Part shown: positions 39,334-50,332 of the stretch, in pieces
Position numbering within the stretch: the stretch's first letter is position 1
How the letters are laid out: each line of letters opens with the position of its first letter
Assembly (NCBI GenBank): GCA_965226585.1
Contig: OZ245366.1
Span: 384,001 to 448,000 of the forward strand
DNA from: Thermodesulfobacteriota bacterium
GTDB taxonomy: Bacteria; Desulfobacterota_D; UBA1144; Nemesobacterales; Mycalebacteriaceae
Reading direction: 5' to 3'
Length of the DNA stretch: 64,000 nucleotides
Made by a program: the position numbers and the translations under genes
The notes under the pieces: generated by a model
Told to the model about the DNA's origin: nothing
Seen by the model: only the letters and a program-made list of their open reading frames with translations
Databases searched by the model: none

Positions 39334-40149
39334 TCAGCCTTCCATGCTTTTCAGTTTCTCAATCGCCACGCGGGCGGCTTTCTTTCCGGAAAGCAGCATT
39401 CCGCCGAATGTCGGTCCCATTCTGGGAAGTCCGAAAACCGTGTTGACAGACATTCCGCAGGCTATCAAGCCGGGGTGAACCTCTCCGGTGTATTCAACTA
39501 GGGCGTCTTCTGCTTTCTCAACCCACATTGAGCCGTGACCCGGAAGTTTTTTGTAAAGCCCCTGCTGAGACAGGCGCGAGACGGCGTAGGCGTCATGCCC
39601 GGTTGCGTCTATTACCAGTTTTGACTCTATGGAAATCGGGTCAAGGCAGGTTATCTCTTTCGGCATTTTGACGATGGGAGTCCAGTTGATGACGATTCCG
39701 GCAACCCGTCCGTTTTCTCTCAGAACAAGGTCGTCAAACATTGTCATGTTCCGTATCGTGGCTCCCGCCTCGCAGGTCATCGCGATAAGTTTTGAGCACG
39801 CATAAGGGGCGTCCACTATGAAATGCCCTTCGGAAATCTCTTTGTAGGGAACCTCTATTTCGTCCAGAACCTCGTGCCCCGGAGCGCGCACGCTCGCCTT
39901 GTTCATAAGGTATCCGCCAATCCAGAAACCGCCGCCGAGCGAGTTCAGACGCTCAACAAGCAAAACCTTGTATTTGGCAAGGGCGATGTCTTTTGCGGCA
40001 ACAAGACCGCTGGGACCCGCGCCGATGACTATCACGTCGCTCTCTGTGTACTCAAGAAACTCGCTGGCAAATCCCTCAACGATTCCTCTCGTAACCTCTT
40101 TCTCACCAACCGGGGCGAACTTAACTTTTCCGTTTTTGTCCTCAGCCAT
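39334..40149 (-). CDS. thi4: Adenosine diphosphate thiazole synthase Thi4
   Basis: GAGPSGL, GGGFWIGG, TCLDP, DATGHDA, PRMGPTFGGMLLSG. Confidence 0.93.
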   Translation of the reverse strand: MAEDKNGKVKFAPVGEKEVTRGIVEGFASEFLEYTESDVIVIGAGPSGLVAAKDIALAKYKVLLVERLNSLGGGFWIGGYLMNKASVRAPGHEVLDEIEVPYKEISEGHFIVDAPYACSKLIAMTCEAGATIRNMTMFDDLVLRENGRVAGIVINWTPIVKMPKEITCLDPISIESKLVIDATGHDAYAVSRLSQQGLYKKLPGHGSMWVEKAEDALVEYTGEVHPGLIACGMSVNTVFGLPRMGPTFGGMLLSGKKAARVAIEKLKSMEG

Positions 40150-40152
40150 TTT

Positions 40153-40923
40153 TCACCCCTCCTGTTTTGTATCCTCTTCCTCTCCGCCGCTCTGCTGTTC
40201 CTCTTCTCCGCCCTCGCTCTCAGGCGCAGATTCCTCTCCGCCGTCTTCATCATCGTCCGCCGCCTCTACTGTCTCCGCGCCGCCGGTTTCCTCTTCTTCC
40301 GTTTGCTCCGTCTCTGCGGGCGCAGTTTCTTGTTCATGTGCCGTTTCCGTTTCTTCAGAGGCTGCCTCTTCTGAAACCGTCTGCTCTGTTTCCGTCTGCT
40401 CTGTCTCCATCTGTTCCGTTTCCTGAACGGCTCCTTCCGCCGCTTCCGCCGCCTGTTCCGGCGCCGTCTCCTCTTCCTCATCGCCCTCAATTTCAACGAT
40501 TATGGACGCTTTTATCTGCGCCTTTATCCTTACGGGAACCTCGTGTTTGCCGATGGATTTGATGTTTTTTTCAAGAAGGACGTTTTTCTTCTCAATCTCC
40601 AGCCCGTGCTGTTCTTTGAGCGCGTCCACGATTGTCTGAACGTTGACGGAGCCGAACATCTTTTCCCCGCTGCTGATTTTTGACTCTATGTTTATGACCG
40701 TGCCGTCTATCTTCTCCGCCGCCTCGCGGGCGTCTGCGAGCGTTTTTTCGCGTTTCTGTTTCAGGGCTTCAAGTTTCTTTTCCCAGTCGCGCAGGTTGGT
40801 TTCGGTTGCCTCTATGGCGAGTTTCTGCGGTATGAGATAGTTTCTCGCAAGACCGTTTTTAACGTTCTTCACCTCTCCCGCAAGTCCGATGTCGTCTATG
40901 TCTGATGTCAGAATGACTCTCAT
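40153..40923 (-). CDS. rplI: 50S ribosomal protein L9 with long acidic C-terminal extension
   Basis: MRVILT, VKNGLARNYLIP, KMFGSV. Confidence 0.95.
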   Translation of the reverse strand: MRVILTSDIDDIGLAGEVKNVKNGLARNYLIPQKLAIEATETNLRDWEKKLEALKQKREKTLADAREAAEKIDGTVINIESKISSGEKMFGSVNVQTIVDALKEQHGLEIEKKNVLLEKNIKSIGKHEVPVRIKAQIKASIIVEIEGDEEEETAPEQAAEAAEGAVQETEQMETEQTETEQTVSEEAASEETETAHEQETAPAETEQTEEEETGGAETVEAADDDEDGGEESAPESEGGEEEQQSGGEEEDTKQEG

Positions 40924-40934
40924 TTTTCTCCGCC

Positions 40935-41180
40935 TTACTTGTGAAGGGTTGTGTACGGAAGAAGAGCCATAAACCGCGCCCGTTTGATGGCGGTCGCCAC
41001 TCTCCTCTGCTCCTTGGCATTCAAACCCGTTCCCCTTCTGGAAATAATCTTCTTGCTCTCCGTTACGAACTGCGAAATCAGGTCTGTGTCTTTGTAGTCA
41101 ATCCTCCTGCCCTCTTTGGCAAGGTTGCGGACTTTTTTGCCTCTTTTCCTGCTGTGCCTTCTCTGTGTGTGGCTTCTCAT
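40935..41180 (-). CDS. rpsR: 30S ribosomal protein S18
   Basis: [27 protein letters not shown] at 41180. Confidence 0.95.
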   Translation of the reverse strand: MRSHTQRRHSRKRGKKVRNLAKEGRRIDYKDTDLISQFVTESKKIISRRGTGLNAKEQRRVATAIKRARFMALLPYTTLHK

Positions 41181-41182
41181 TA

Positions 41183-41689
41183 TTACTTTTCTCCTCCGGT
41201 GGATTTTGCCGATTTCCATTCCGCTCCGGCAGGCGCGGAGGGTTTTTCCTCAGGCGTCCGGTTTTGCGGGGCGGAAGGTCCCGGAGAAGACTGACGCTCC
41301 GGGCGGCGGTCTCTGCTTCCATCTCTGTCATCGCGTTTTTTCTCAGGCGGAGCGGGCGGCTTTTCCGGCTCTATGCCGCGCGCCTGATCCTCATCCACTG
41401 AAACCGTGATGAATCTCATCACCTCGCTTTTGTGAAATCCCAGATGCTTCTCAAGTTCTCTCACCACCGGGGGAAGAGCTCTGTATGTGAGGATGTGGTA
41501 TGTGCCGCGCCTGTATCCCTCTATTTCATAGGCAAGGTCGCGTTCGTCCCATTTTTCGTTTCTGATGGTCTCGCCGTCATTCTCTTTGAGAGCGGCGTCA
41601 ACTTTGCCCTGAATAACGGAAAGCGCGCCGCTTTCCACATCGGGTCTCACCAGATAAAGAGTTTCATAAAAATTACGTTTGTCTGTCAA
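41183..41689 (-). CDS. rpsF: 30S ribosomal protein S6 with charged C-terminal extension
   Basis: [22 protein letters not shown]; upstream of rpsR and rplI. Confidence 0.9.
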   Translation of the reverse strand: MTDKRNFYETLYLVRPDVESGALSVIQGKVDAALKENDGETIRNEKWDERDLAYEIEGYRRGTYHILTYRALPPVVRELEKHLGFHKSEVMRFITVSVDEDQARGIEPEKPPAPPEKKRDDRDGSRDRRPERQSSPGPSAPQNRTPEEKPSAPAGAEWKSAKSTGGEK

Positions 41690-41772
41690 CTTCTTCCTCC
41701 TGCTTTGGTCTTGCGCCCGCGCGGCTCACCATCCGCTTGCGGGAACAGGCAAGAAAGACCGGAACCACTATA
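41690..41772 (-). promoter_or_regulatory. rpsF promoter and structured leader (possible S6:S18 autoregulatory RNA)
   Basis: TATAGT -10 at 41772-41767; TCTTGC/GCAAGA stem enclosing CCG motifs just before the GGAGG SD. Confidence 0.4.
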
Positions 41773-41804
41773 ACACGCTTCAGCCGCCGGTTCAAAACTG
41801 CCGC

Positions 41805-43874
41805 TTAAAGTATAAGCGGGGCGATGACGAGCGATACGATTGACATCAGTTTGATGAGAATGTTCATCGCCGGTCCCGAAGTGTCTTTGAACGGGTCTCC
41901 GATTGTGTCTCCCACAACCGCCGCCTTGTGCGCTTCCGAGCCTTTTCCTCCGAGGTTTCCCTCTTCAATAAACTTTTTCGCGTTGTCCCACGCTCCGCCG
42001 GAGTTCGCCATCATCAGGGCGAGCATAACGCCTGTTACAACCGCTCCCGCAAGAAAGCCTCCGAGCGCTTCGGCGCCGAGAAGTTTCCCCACCGCTATCG
42101 GGGCGACAATCGCCACGATGCTGGGTGCTATCATCTCGCGCAAAGATGCGTCTGTGCTGATGCTTACGCAGGTTGAGTAATCGGGCTTTGTTTCGCCTTC
42201 AAGTATTCCCTTTATCTCCCTGAACTGGCGGCGCACCTCTTCAACCATTTTCTGCGCAGACCTTCCAACCGCGCCCATCGTGAGCGCGCCTATGAGAAAC
42301 GGCATCGTTCCGCCCATAAGCATTCCGATAACAACGCTTGGGGATGATATGTCTATCACTTCAAGCCCAACCGCGTTCACGTAGGCGGCGAACAGGGCGA
42401 GCGCGGAAAGAGCCGCGGAACCAATGGCAAATCCCTTTCCGATTGCGGCGGTTGTGTTTCCGAGAGAGTCGAGTTTGTCCGTTATCTTTCTCACGTTCTC
42501 ACCCAGACCGCCCATTTCGGCTATTCCGCCCGCGTTGTCCGCAACGGGGCCGTAGGCGTCAACCGACATGGTCATTCCGATTGTGGCGAGCATACTCACC
42601 GCCGCTATGCCGATTCCGTAAAGACCGGCGCAGTAATAAGATACTCCGATGGAAGCCGCTATCGTGATAACCGGCGCGGTTGTGCTGTACATACCGACCG
42701 CGAGCCCCTCTATGATGTTTGTGGCAACTCCGGTTTCAGACGCCTCGGCAATCTTTTTCACCGGAGATGACGAAGTGTAGTACTCCGTTATCCTTCCGAT
42801 AACAACACCTGAGGCAAGCCCGAATACGGACGCGAAGAAGATTCCCATCGCGCTGACGACTTCCGCCTGCTTGTAGAAACCGCTCCACTCAATTCCCGTT
42901 TTCCGCGCCACCAGATAAAGGGCGGCAAATGAGAGGGCGATATACACCACCCCCGCGATAATTGTTGACCAGCGCAAAACTATCTGCGGCTCTTTCTCTT
43001 TGAGCCACCCGACCGACTGCGCGCCGACAAGAGACGAGAGACTTCCGAGAAGTATAAGAACAACCGGCACGGACATAAGAACGCCCGTTTCCGCTACGCC
43101 GAGACCCATTGTCGCGGCGATTACGACAGTCGCGATTACCGCGCCCACGTATGACTCAAACAAGTCCGCGCCCATTCCCGCGACATCTCCCACATTGTCT
43201 CCCACATTGTCTGCGATGGTTGCGGGGTTTCTGGGGTCGTCTTCGGGTATTCCCGCTTCAACCTTTCCAACAAGGTCTGCGCCCACGTCTGCGGCTTTTG
43301 TGTATATGCCGCCGCCAATTCTTGCAAAAAGCGCGACCGTGCTCGCGCCCATGGCGAACCCTCCGATTGCCGAGGCGAAGTTCTCCGCCTCAAATCCCGC
43401 GTATCCCATTGCCAAATAGAAAGCGATGCTGAGACCCAGAAGCCCCAGCCCGGCGACTGAAAGCCCCATAACGTTGCCGCCTTTGAAAGCGGCTTCAAGG
43501 GCTTTTCCCTGTCCGTCGCTTGATGCCGCCTGCGCGGTTCTCACATTCGCTTTTGTCGCCGCTTTCATTCCGAAAAATCCGGCAAGTATGGAGCACCCCG
43601 CTCCCCCGACATAAGCCACGGCTGTTTCCCAGCCGATGAAAAACCCTATGCTCACAAACACGGCGGCAACGAACACAAGAATAATCCTGTATTCCCTTTT
43701 GAGGAACACCATCGCGCCTTCGTGTATGGCTTCGGATATTTCCCTCATTTTGTCCGTGCCCACGGGAAGGGCGCTCAGCCCTCTGTACACAACGTACGCG
43801 TAGACCAGAACAAGGACTCCCACCGCAATTCCGGCAAGTCCGACTGTGCTTGGCTCAAATATATTTTCAAACAT
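41805..43874 (-). CDS. hppA: Membrane-integral pyrophosphatase, K+-dependent, probably Na+-translocating
   Basis: [46 protein letters not shown]. Confidence 0.95.
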   Translation of the reverse strand: MFENIFEPSTVGLAGIAVGVLVLVYAYVVYRGLSALPVGTDKMREISEAIHEGAMVFLKREYRIILVFVAAVFVSIGFFIGWETAVAYVGGAGCSILAGFFGMKAATKANVRTAQAASSDGQGKALEAAFKGGNVMGLSVAGLGLLGLSIAFYLAMGYAGFEAENFASAIGGFAMGASTVALFARIGGGIYTKAADVGADLVGKVEAGIPEDDPRNPATIADNVGDNVGDVAGMGADLFESYVGAVIATVVIAATMGLGVAETGVLMSVPVVLILLGSLSSLVGAQSVGWLKEKEPQIVLRWSTIIAGVVYIALSFAALYLVARKTGIEWSGFYKQAEVVSAMGIFFASVFGLASGVVIGRITEYYTSSSPVKKIAEASETGVATNIIEGLAVGMYSTTAPVITIAASIGVSYYCAGLYGIGIAAVSMLATIGMTMSVDAYGPVADNAGGIAEMGGLGENVRKITDKLDSLGNTTAAIGKGFAIGSAALSALALFAAYVNAVGLEVIDISSPSVVIGMLMGGTMPFLIGALTMGAVGRSAQKMVEEVRRQFREIKGILEGETKPDYSTCVSISTDASLREMIAPSIVAIVAPIAVGKLLGAEALGGFLAGAVVTGVMLALMMANSGGAWDNAKKFIEEGNLGGKGSEAHKAAVVGDTIGDPFKDTSGPAMNILIKLMSIVSLVIAPLIL

Positions 43875-43900
43875 CTTTAATCCTCCGTTTATGGCTTGGT

Positions 43901-44482
43901 TTAATTTTTATTCTCCAGTATTTGGTTGTGTCTGTTCATTGCCTCGGCAACCCCGTCAGACACTATTTCGCAGACCGCCGCCGCCGCGGTGTCTATTGAC
44001 TGCGCGACTGTTTCCATCTCGCTCCCGTCAAAGTCTGCAAGAACGTAGTCTGCAACGTCCATACCTCCGGGGGCGGGTTTTCCAACGCCTATTCTCACTC
44101 TCGCAAACTCGTTTCCAACGCTTGCGGCAACGGATTTTATTCCGTTGTGTCCGGCGCTTCCGCCGCTCAATTTTACTTGAATGCGTCCCACGGGCAAATC
44201 AACCTCGTCATGGGCAACCACAAGGTTCTCTTTTTCAATTCCGTAAAAATTCATTATTTTCCTCACGGGCTCGCCGCTGTTGTTCATATAGGTTTCGGGT
44301 TTGAACACAATCAGTTTCGTCTCTCCGTGAAAGCCGCTTCCGTAAGTTCCCCCGAAATCTGTTTTTGATATTTCAATTCCGGTTTTCCCGGCAACTCTTT
44401 CCACCGCCATAAATCCGGCGTTGTGTCTGTTTTTTCTGTAACGCAATCCGGGATTGCCGAGACCAACGACCAGAAAAACCAC
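43901..44482 (-). CDS. pth: Peptidyl-tRNA hydrolase
   Basis: [29 protein letters not shown]. Confidence 0.97.
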   Translation of the reverse strand: MVFLVVGLGNPGLRYRKNRHNAGFMAVERVAGKTGIEISKTDFGGTYGSGFHGETKLIVFKPETYMNNSGEPVRKIMNFYGIEKENLVVAHDEVDLPVGRIQVKLSGGSAGHNGIKSVAASVGNEFARVRIGVGKPAPGGMDVADYVLADFDGSEMETVAQSIDTAAAAVCEIVSDGVAEAMNRHNQILENKN

Positions 44483-44497
44483 CTTGAGAGTCTCCTC

Positions 44498-45199
44498 CTA
44501 TTCCTTGTCTCCCTCTTTCCCGGCAGACTCTCCGCCTTCCGCCGCAGTCTCCTCTCCTTCCGCCGCTTCTCCCTCCGCGCCTTCTCCCTCTTCGCCTTCC
44601 TCTCCCTGTTCGGTGGTTGTTTTGGCGGCTTCAGAAATTGCGGCTCTGGGCGCGATGACCATAACAACGGGTTCGTCTGCGCTGTTGAGAATTTCCAGTT
44701 CGCCCGCAAAACTCAGGTCTCTCACGTGAAGAGAGTCGCCTATTTCAAGCTCTGTTATATCAACCTCAATAAACGCCGGTATGTTTTCGGGCAGGCATTT
44801 GACCCTGAAGTTTCTCTCTATCACCTCAAGTATTCCGCCTTCTTTCATTCCCCGCGATTTTCCGGTGAATTCAATCGGAACTTCAACTCTCAGTTTGGTG
44901 TCCGGGTCTATGGACTGGAAGTCCAGATGCTTTGTTTTTCCGGTAAGCGGGTCTTTCTGAACGTCTTTTATAATGGAAAGCGAGGGTTTAATGTCTGAGT
45001 TTTCAACGCTTATTTCAAGCAGGGTGTTTTTGTCGGTTCCGAGCGCCGTTTTCAGGTCTTCGGGCGAAACCTCTATGCAAATCGCTTCCATTCCCTTGCC
45101 GTAGAGAACCGCCGGAATGAGTTTGTCTTTGCGGACTTTCACCGCTCCGGTTTTTCCGGTTCGTTCCCTTTGTTTTACTGTCAGACTGCTTTTCGCCAT
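44498..45199 (-). CDS. rplY: 50S ribosomal protein L25 / Ctc
   Basis: IPAVLYG, HLDF, GDSLHVRDL, acidic tail. Confidence 0.95.
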   Translation of the reverse strand: MAKSSLTVKQRERTGKTGAVKVRKDKLIPAVLYGKGMEAICIEVSPEDLKTALGTDKNTLLEISVENSDIKPSLSIIKDVQKDPLTGKTKHLDFQSIDPDTKLRVEVPIEFTGKSRGMKEGGILEVIERNFRVKCLPENIPAFIEVDITELEIGDSLHVRDLSFAGELEILNSADEPVVMVIAPRAAISEAAKTTTEQGEEGEEGEGAEGEAAEGEETAAEGGESAGKEGDKE

Positions 45200-45240
45200 T
45201 TCCTTTTTCCTTTTGAAACAAAAATCGCGTACTCAAAACC

Positions 45241-46194
45241 TCAGTTGAAGAGAGCGCTTATGGACTCTCCTCTTGCCACTCTGCGAATGGATTCCCCTAT
45301 CAATTCAGCCATACACAGGACGGTCAGTTTATCACACTTTTCCGTTTTTTCTTTCTGCGGGATTGTATTTGTTATCACAACCTCGTCAAAGCGCGAGGAT
45401 TTGATTCTTTGAACCGCGTCTCCTGAAAGCACTCCGTGAGTACAGCACAGTGAAACACTGCGCGCGCCTTCGTTCATAATAACATCAGCCGCCTGCGTGG
45501 CGGTTCCGGCGGTGTCCACCATATCGTCAATAATAATGGCGTCTCTGTCTTTCACGTCTCCGATAATGTAGTCAACATCCGCCACATTCGGGGCGGTTCT
45601 TCTTTTTGTGGTCATTGCGATATCCAGGCGCAACTTGTCTGCGTAGAAGCGCGCCCGCTCCATTCCGCCCGCGTCCGGAGAGACAACGATGGGGTTTTTG
45701 CCCGCGTATTTCTTTTCAAGGTAGTTGATAATCACGGGAGAAGCGTAGAGGTGGTCAACGGGAACATCAAAGAAGCCCTGAATCTGTCCGGCGTGAAGGT
45801 CTATGGTCATCACCCGTTTTACGCCTGAGTTCACGATGGTGTCTGCAATCAGTTTTGCCGAGATGGGTCCCCGGGGTTTCACTTTTCTGTCTTGTCTTGA
45901 GTAGCCGTAGTAGGGCATAACCGCCGTTACGGAAGCCGCAGACGCCCGTTTAAGCGCGTCCGTGATTATGAGGAGTTCCATAAGGTTTTCGTTAACCGGC
46001 GGGCAGGTGGACTGGACGACAAACACATTTGCGCCTCTAACGCTCTCCACGATTTCAGCGTAAATTTCGCCGTCGCTGAATCTGTGCAGGTTTATCTCGC
46101 CCGGTTTCACGCCGATTTTTTCACAGATAGATTCAAACAGCGGAACATTGGAACTTCCGCTAAACACTTTTACTGTTTCATCTAAACCGGACAT
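45241..46194 (-). CDS. prs: Ribose-phosphate pyrophosphokinase
   Basis: FSDGE, YSRQDRK, DLHAGQIQGFF, DDMVDTAGT. Confidence 0.97.
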   Translation of the reverse strand: MSGLDETVKVFSGSSNVPLFESICEKIGVKPGEINLHRFSDGEIYAEIVESVRGANVFVVQSTCPPVNENLMELLIITDALKRASAASVTAVMPYYGYSRQDRKVKPRGPISAKLIADTIVNSGVKRVMTIDLHAGQIQGFFDVPVDHLYASPVIINYLEKKYAGKNPIVVSPDAGGMERARFYADKLRLDIAMTTKRRTAPNVADVDYIIGDVKDRDAIIIDDMVDTAGTATQAADVIMNEGARSVSLCCTHGVLSGDAVQRIKSSRFDEVVITNTIPQKEKTEKCDKLTVLCMAELIGESIRRVARGESISALFN

Positions 46195-46328
46195 TTAACC
46201 TCTCTCACCCACAAAAAAACCCGCCACACGGGCAGGGTGGTTAAGTATAGATTACAAAGGGGATTATGCAAGAGAGTTTGGGGGTGTTAGGCGGTTGTGT
46301 ATACTGCGTGAGAATTGGAGGGAGATTG

Positions 46329-46541
46329 ATGAGCGAGAAAAAGATACTGCCCGTGTTTCTGTTTTGCCTGTTTTTTGGCACTTTGGGCATCCACCGGTTT
46401 TATCTGCGTAAATTTGGAACGGGCATATTGCAACTGCTTACTTTGGGCGGTCTTGGCATATGGACACTTGTTGATTTTATAATCATCATTGCGGGTTCTT
46501 TTACCGATAAAGACGGAAATAAAATAACACAATGGGTGTAG
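46329..46541 (+). CDS. TM2 domain-containing membrane protein
   Basis: FGTLGIHRFY, LTLGGLGIWTLVDF; SD GGAGG upstream. Confidence 0.9.
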   Translation: MSEKKILPVFLFCLFFGTLGIHRFYLRKFGTGILQLLTLGGLGIWTLVDFIIIIAGSFTDKDGNKITQWV

Positions 46542-46560
46542 TTCCGAGTTTCATTTTTCT

Positions 46561-47574
46561 ATGCGTTTTCTGGACAAAATAGTTAGAGAAGTCAACGATA
46601 AATCCAAAAACTACAACTTTGGCGACCTACAATATCGTCGTAGAGAGATTAAGGGCTTATCCCGGCTACCGTCAAAAACCCCGTTCAATCATTTAGCGAA
46701 TGATGAGAAATGGGCAATGCATTGCGGTGGAAGGACAGAGTTGCAATTCAATCTTGGCATTGAAGGAAATCATCTAAGATACGGCATTGCTTTTTCACTT
46801 GAAACCAGCCAAACACTTCCCAGCATAGAACCTTTGATTTCCAAGATGAAGTTGTTTAATCAATTTTTAAAGATGAATAGTGGAGACTTTTCGGACTTGA
46901 AAATGTGGCATCGGAAATCTGATTGTGCAAGAAGCAGTGATTATGAGCATAAAATAATTCGTAAGGAGTTATTCACAGAAGGATATTTTATTTTTCTTGG
47001 CGGTGAAAAAGATAAGAGCAAAGTTAGACCTTCGCAGATTCTTGAGACATTTGACAGACTCTTGGATTTGTATCTCTATGTAGAGAGTGACGGTAGCAAT
47101 GTTTATTTACCAATCCCCGCTCAAAACGCTACAAACAAAAGCCCGTTTGTTTTTAAGTCCGGCTACAGAGAAACATCCCCGTCAACTGAGAGAAAATCGA
47201 CAGGTAAAACAACTCAGACCAAGGGAAATCACGACAAGTTAAAAAATCGTCTGTATGACGAGAAAATACGGGAGCACGGCAAAGAAAATGTCGGAACAGA
47301 GAACCCTTCCGGCAACGGGCAGTTTATAGATTTAGTTGTTAAGAAAGGGTCTGAATTTTATTTCTATGAAATCAAAACACATGACACAGATCGCTTGTGC
47401 ATTCGTGAAGCAATTGGGCAGTTGCTTGAATATTCGTATTGGCCGGGTTGCAAAACAGCGAAGCGTCTTGTAGTTGCCGGAAAGCCGGAACTTACGGAAG
47501 AGGGAAAGAAATATTTGGAAAAACTGCGGAAGAAATTAAATATTCCCGTGTATTACGAGCAAATCACTTCCTAA
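46561..47574 (+). CDS. Hypothetical protein with C-terminal PD-(D/E)XK nuclease domain
   Basis: E...IDLVV...YEIKT...[13 protein letters not shown]-rich. Confidence 0.7.
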   Translation: MRFLDKIVREVNDKSKNYNFGDLQYRRREIKGLSRLPSKTPFNHLANDEKWAMHCGGRTELQFNLGIEGNHLRYGIAFSLETSQTLPSIEPLISKMKLFNQFLKMNSGDFSDLKMWHRKSDCARSSDYEHKIIRKELFTEGYFIFLGGEKDKSKVRPSQILETFDRLLDLYLYVESDGSNVYLPIPAQNATNKSPFVFKSGYRETSPSTERKSTGKTTQTKGNHDKLKNRLYDEKIREHGKENVGTENPSGNGQFIDLVVKKGSEFYFYEIKTHDTDRLCIREAIGQLLEYSYWPGCKTAKRLVVAGKPELTEEGKKYLEKLRKKLNIPVYYEQITS

Positions 47575-48355
47575 ACTTCCCGAAATCCACTTCTCTTTTT
47601 TCAATAAACGCCTCAACGCCCTCTTTTGATTCTTCGGTTGTGTGGAAAAGTTCAAGCGAACTGAGACCCATTCGGGAAATTCCGAAAATACTGTCCGTGT
47701 CGGCGTTGAAAGAGTATTTTGCCACCTTCAAAGCGGTGGGGCTTTTGTCAATTATCTCATCACACCACCGGTTCACCTCCGCGTCCAATTTCGCCTTAGG
47801 CACAACAACATTCACAAGCCCCATATCAAGCGCCTCTTCCGCGCCGTATTTTCTGCACAAATACCACATCTCCCGCGCCTTTTTCTCGCCCACAATTCTT
47901 GAGAGATACGCCGTTCCAAATCCGGCGTCCACACTGCCAACCCTCGGTCCCACCTGCCCGAAAACGGCGTTGTCTGCCGCTATTGTCAAATCACACACCA
48001 CTTGAAGCACATTGCCGCCGCCAATGGCATAGCCCTTTACCGCCGCTATAACGGGCTTCGGAATGTTGCGTATCAAGTAGTGAAGTTTCGCCACATACGC
48101 GCCAACTCCAAGTAGATTTTTCGAACCCTTCGGCTGTTTTTTCGCCTTCTGGTCTCCGCCCGTGGAAAACGCCTCGTCTCCCGCCCCCGTTAACACCACA
48201 ACACCAACGGAATTGTCTTTCCAAGCGTCCGTAACCGCCTCTATCATCTCATAAAGCGTCTGCGCCCGGAAAGCGTTCAGAACCTTCGGGCGGTTGATGG
48301 TTATCACCGCGCGCCCCTTGCGCTTTGAGTATTTTATGTCTTCAAACTTCGCCAC
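47564..48355 (-). CDS. Crotonase family enzyme, BadI/MenB-like
   Basis: [33 protein letters not shown]. Confidence 0.8.
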   Translation of the reverse strand: MAKFEDIKYSKRKGRAVITINRPKVLNAFRAQTLYEMIEAVTDAWKDNSVGVVVLTGAGDEAFSTGGDQKAKKQPKGSKNLLGVGAYVAKLHYLIRNIPKPVIAAVKGYAIGGGNVLQVVCDLTIAADNAVFGQVGPRVGSVDAGFGTAYLSRIVGEKKAREMWYLCRKYGAEEALDMGLVNVVVPKAKLDAEVNRWCDEIIDKSPTALKVAKYSFNADTDSIFGISRMGLSSLELFHTTEESKEGVEAFIEKREVDFGKFRK

Positions 48356-48361
48356 CTGTCT

Positions 48362-49831
48362 CTACCCCCTGTACCATTTCGGCGCCGCGCCGCCCTTTGA
48401 TATGTTGACCGTTTTTGTCTCAAGATAATTCTCAAGCCCCTCCATTCCAAGCTCCTTGCCAAAGCCGCTCTGCTTCAACCCGCCGTACGGAGTCTGCGGA
48501 ACAATCCCCCCGTAGGTGTTCACCCACACATATCCCGCCTCCATCCGCCTCGCGCACCTCATCGCCCTGTTTCCGTCCGCCGTCCACACACCGCCGGCAA
48601 GCCCGTACTCCGTGTCATTTGCCATTTTTATCGCCTCTTTTTCCGTCTCAAACTCCATCACCGCCACCACGGGACCGAATATCTCCTCCCTTGCCGCAAC
48701 ATTGCCCGGACTTACTCCCCACAGAACGGTCGGCTCGAAAAACCAGCCCGCGCCGCGCCGTTTTTTTCCGCCGCACAAAACCTTCGCGCCCTGCCGCACC
48801 GCCTCATCCACGCATCCGCGCACCTTCTCAAAATGCTCTCCGGACACCAGCGCGCCCATCTCCGTGTCCGCCGCTTCGGGGTTTCCCGTTTTTATCTTTT
48901 TCACCCTCTTTACGTACATATCCAAAAACTTGCGGCGTATCTTTTTGTGAAGCAGAAGCTTTGTTACCGCCGTGCAATTCTGCCCCTGATTGAAAAACCC
49001 TCCGCGCAGGCACGCCTCAACCGCCTGCCCGATGTCTGCGTCATCAAACACAATGCATGACGCCTTGCCGCCAAGCTCAAGCGAAACCCGCTTTACGCCG
49101 TCCGCCGCGTTTCTCATAACGGTTTTGCCCGTGGCGGTTGAACCCGTGAAGGCGATTTTTGCCACCCCCGGATGACGCGACAGCGCGCTTCCCGCCTCAG
49201 CCCCCGCCCCCGTTACAACATTCAGAACGCCCGGAGGAAGCCCGGCTTTTTCCGCGCACAGTTTTGCTATCTCCGTTGTGGCGGCGGATGTGAGTTCCGA
49301 GGGCTTCACAACAACCGCGCACCCGGCCGCCAGAGCGGCGGATATTTTCCAGAACGCGAGCAGAACGGGGAAGTTCCACGGCACAATCAAAGCCGCCACG
49401 CCCACGGGCTCTTTTACGGTCAGCGATGTTTGCCCCGGTGAAACTTCAATCGTTTCGCCGCCGATTTTATGGGCAAGTCCGGCAAAGTATTCAAGCGTTT
49501 TGACTGAGCCGCCAATCTCAACAAGTTTGCTCTCTCTCAGCGGTTTTCCGGTTTCCCTCGTGTTGATGAGGGCGAGTTTGTCGGCGTTTTTTTCAAGAAC
49601 TCCGGCAATCTTCAGCAAGGTTTTGGCTCTTTCCCCCGGCGGTGTTTCGCGCCATTTCTCAAAAGCGCGGTTTGCCGTTTTTACGGCGGAATCAACTTCC
49701 GTTTTTCCGCAAAGCGCGACAGCGGCATAGGGGGCTCCGGTTGCCGGATTTTCCCGCGCGAAGTATTTCGCCCCGCGCGGCTTGACTTCGCGCCCGCCTA
49801 TAAACGGGTTACATTTGATTACGGGGGGCAT
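48362..49831 (-). CDS. Aldehyde dehydrogenase
   Basis: PWNFP, FTGST, LELGGK, NQGQNC, EEIFGP. Confidence 0.95.
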   Translation of the reverse strand: MPPVIKCNPFIGGREVKPRGAKYFARENPATGAPYAAVALCGKTEVDSAVKTANRAFEKWRETPPGERAKTLLKIAGVLEKNADKLALINTRETGKPLRESKLVEIGGSVKTLEYFAGLAHKIGGETIEVSPGQTSLTVKEPVGVAALIVPWNFPVLLAFWKISAALAAGCAVVVKPSELTSAATTEIAKLCAEKAGLPPGVLNVVTGAGAEAGSALSRHPGVAKIAFTGSTATGKTVMRNAADGVKRVSLELGGKASCIVFDDADIGQAVEACLRGGFFNQGQNCTAVTKLLLHKKIRRKFLDMYVKRVKKIKTGNPEAADTEMGALVSGEHFEKVRGCVDEAVRQGAKVLCGGKKRRGAGWFFEPTVLWGVSPGNVAAREEIFGPVVAVMEFETEKEAIKMANDTEYGLAGGVWTADGNRAMRCARRMEAGYVWVNTYGGIVPQTPYGGLKQSGFGKELGMEGLENYLETKTVNISKGGAAPKWYRG

Positions 49832-49891
49832 AGGGCTGTATTCTACAACAGTAACCGTTTATGTGAAAACGAACACAAGGGGGAAAAGACA

Positions 49892-50314
49892 TTGAGCAAC
49901 ACGGTAAAAGCGGAAGGAAAATGCCTTTGCGGGGCGGTGAAGTTTACGGCTGAAGAAGCGGCAAAAAGCGTTGGGGTGTGCCACTGCGATACGTGCCGCA
50001 GGTGGGGCGGAGGCCCCTTTATGGCAACCGGCTGCGGCTCAAAGGTTGATTTTGAGGGCGCGGACAACATAGAGGTTTTTGATTCGTCAGACTGGGCGGA
50101 GCGCGGCTTTTGCCGCAAGTGCGGAACACATCTGTTTTACAGAATAAAACGGAACGGGGCGCACATGATGACCGCCGGTCTTTTCGGCGGCTCGGTTCCG
50201 TTTGAGTTGACCCACGAGGTTTTTGTTGACGAAAAGCCCGAATTTTATGACTTTTCGGGCAACACCGAGAAGATGACCGGCAAAGAGTGCTTTGAGAAAT
50301 TCAAGGCGGAATGA
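49892..50314 (+). CDS. GFA family protein
   Basis: CLCGAV, CHCDTCRR, RGFCRKCG. Confidence 0.92.
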   Translation: MSNTVKAEGKCLCGAVKFTAEEAAKSVGVCHCDTCRRWGGGPFMATGCGSKVDFEGADNIEVFDSSDWAERGFCRKCGTHLFYRIKRNGAHMMTAGLFGGSVPFELTHEVFVDEKPEFYDFSGNTEKMTGKECFEKFKAE

Positions 50315-50332
50315 CGAGGGTGATTTCTGAAA

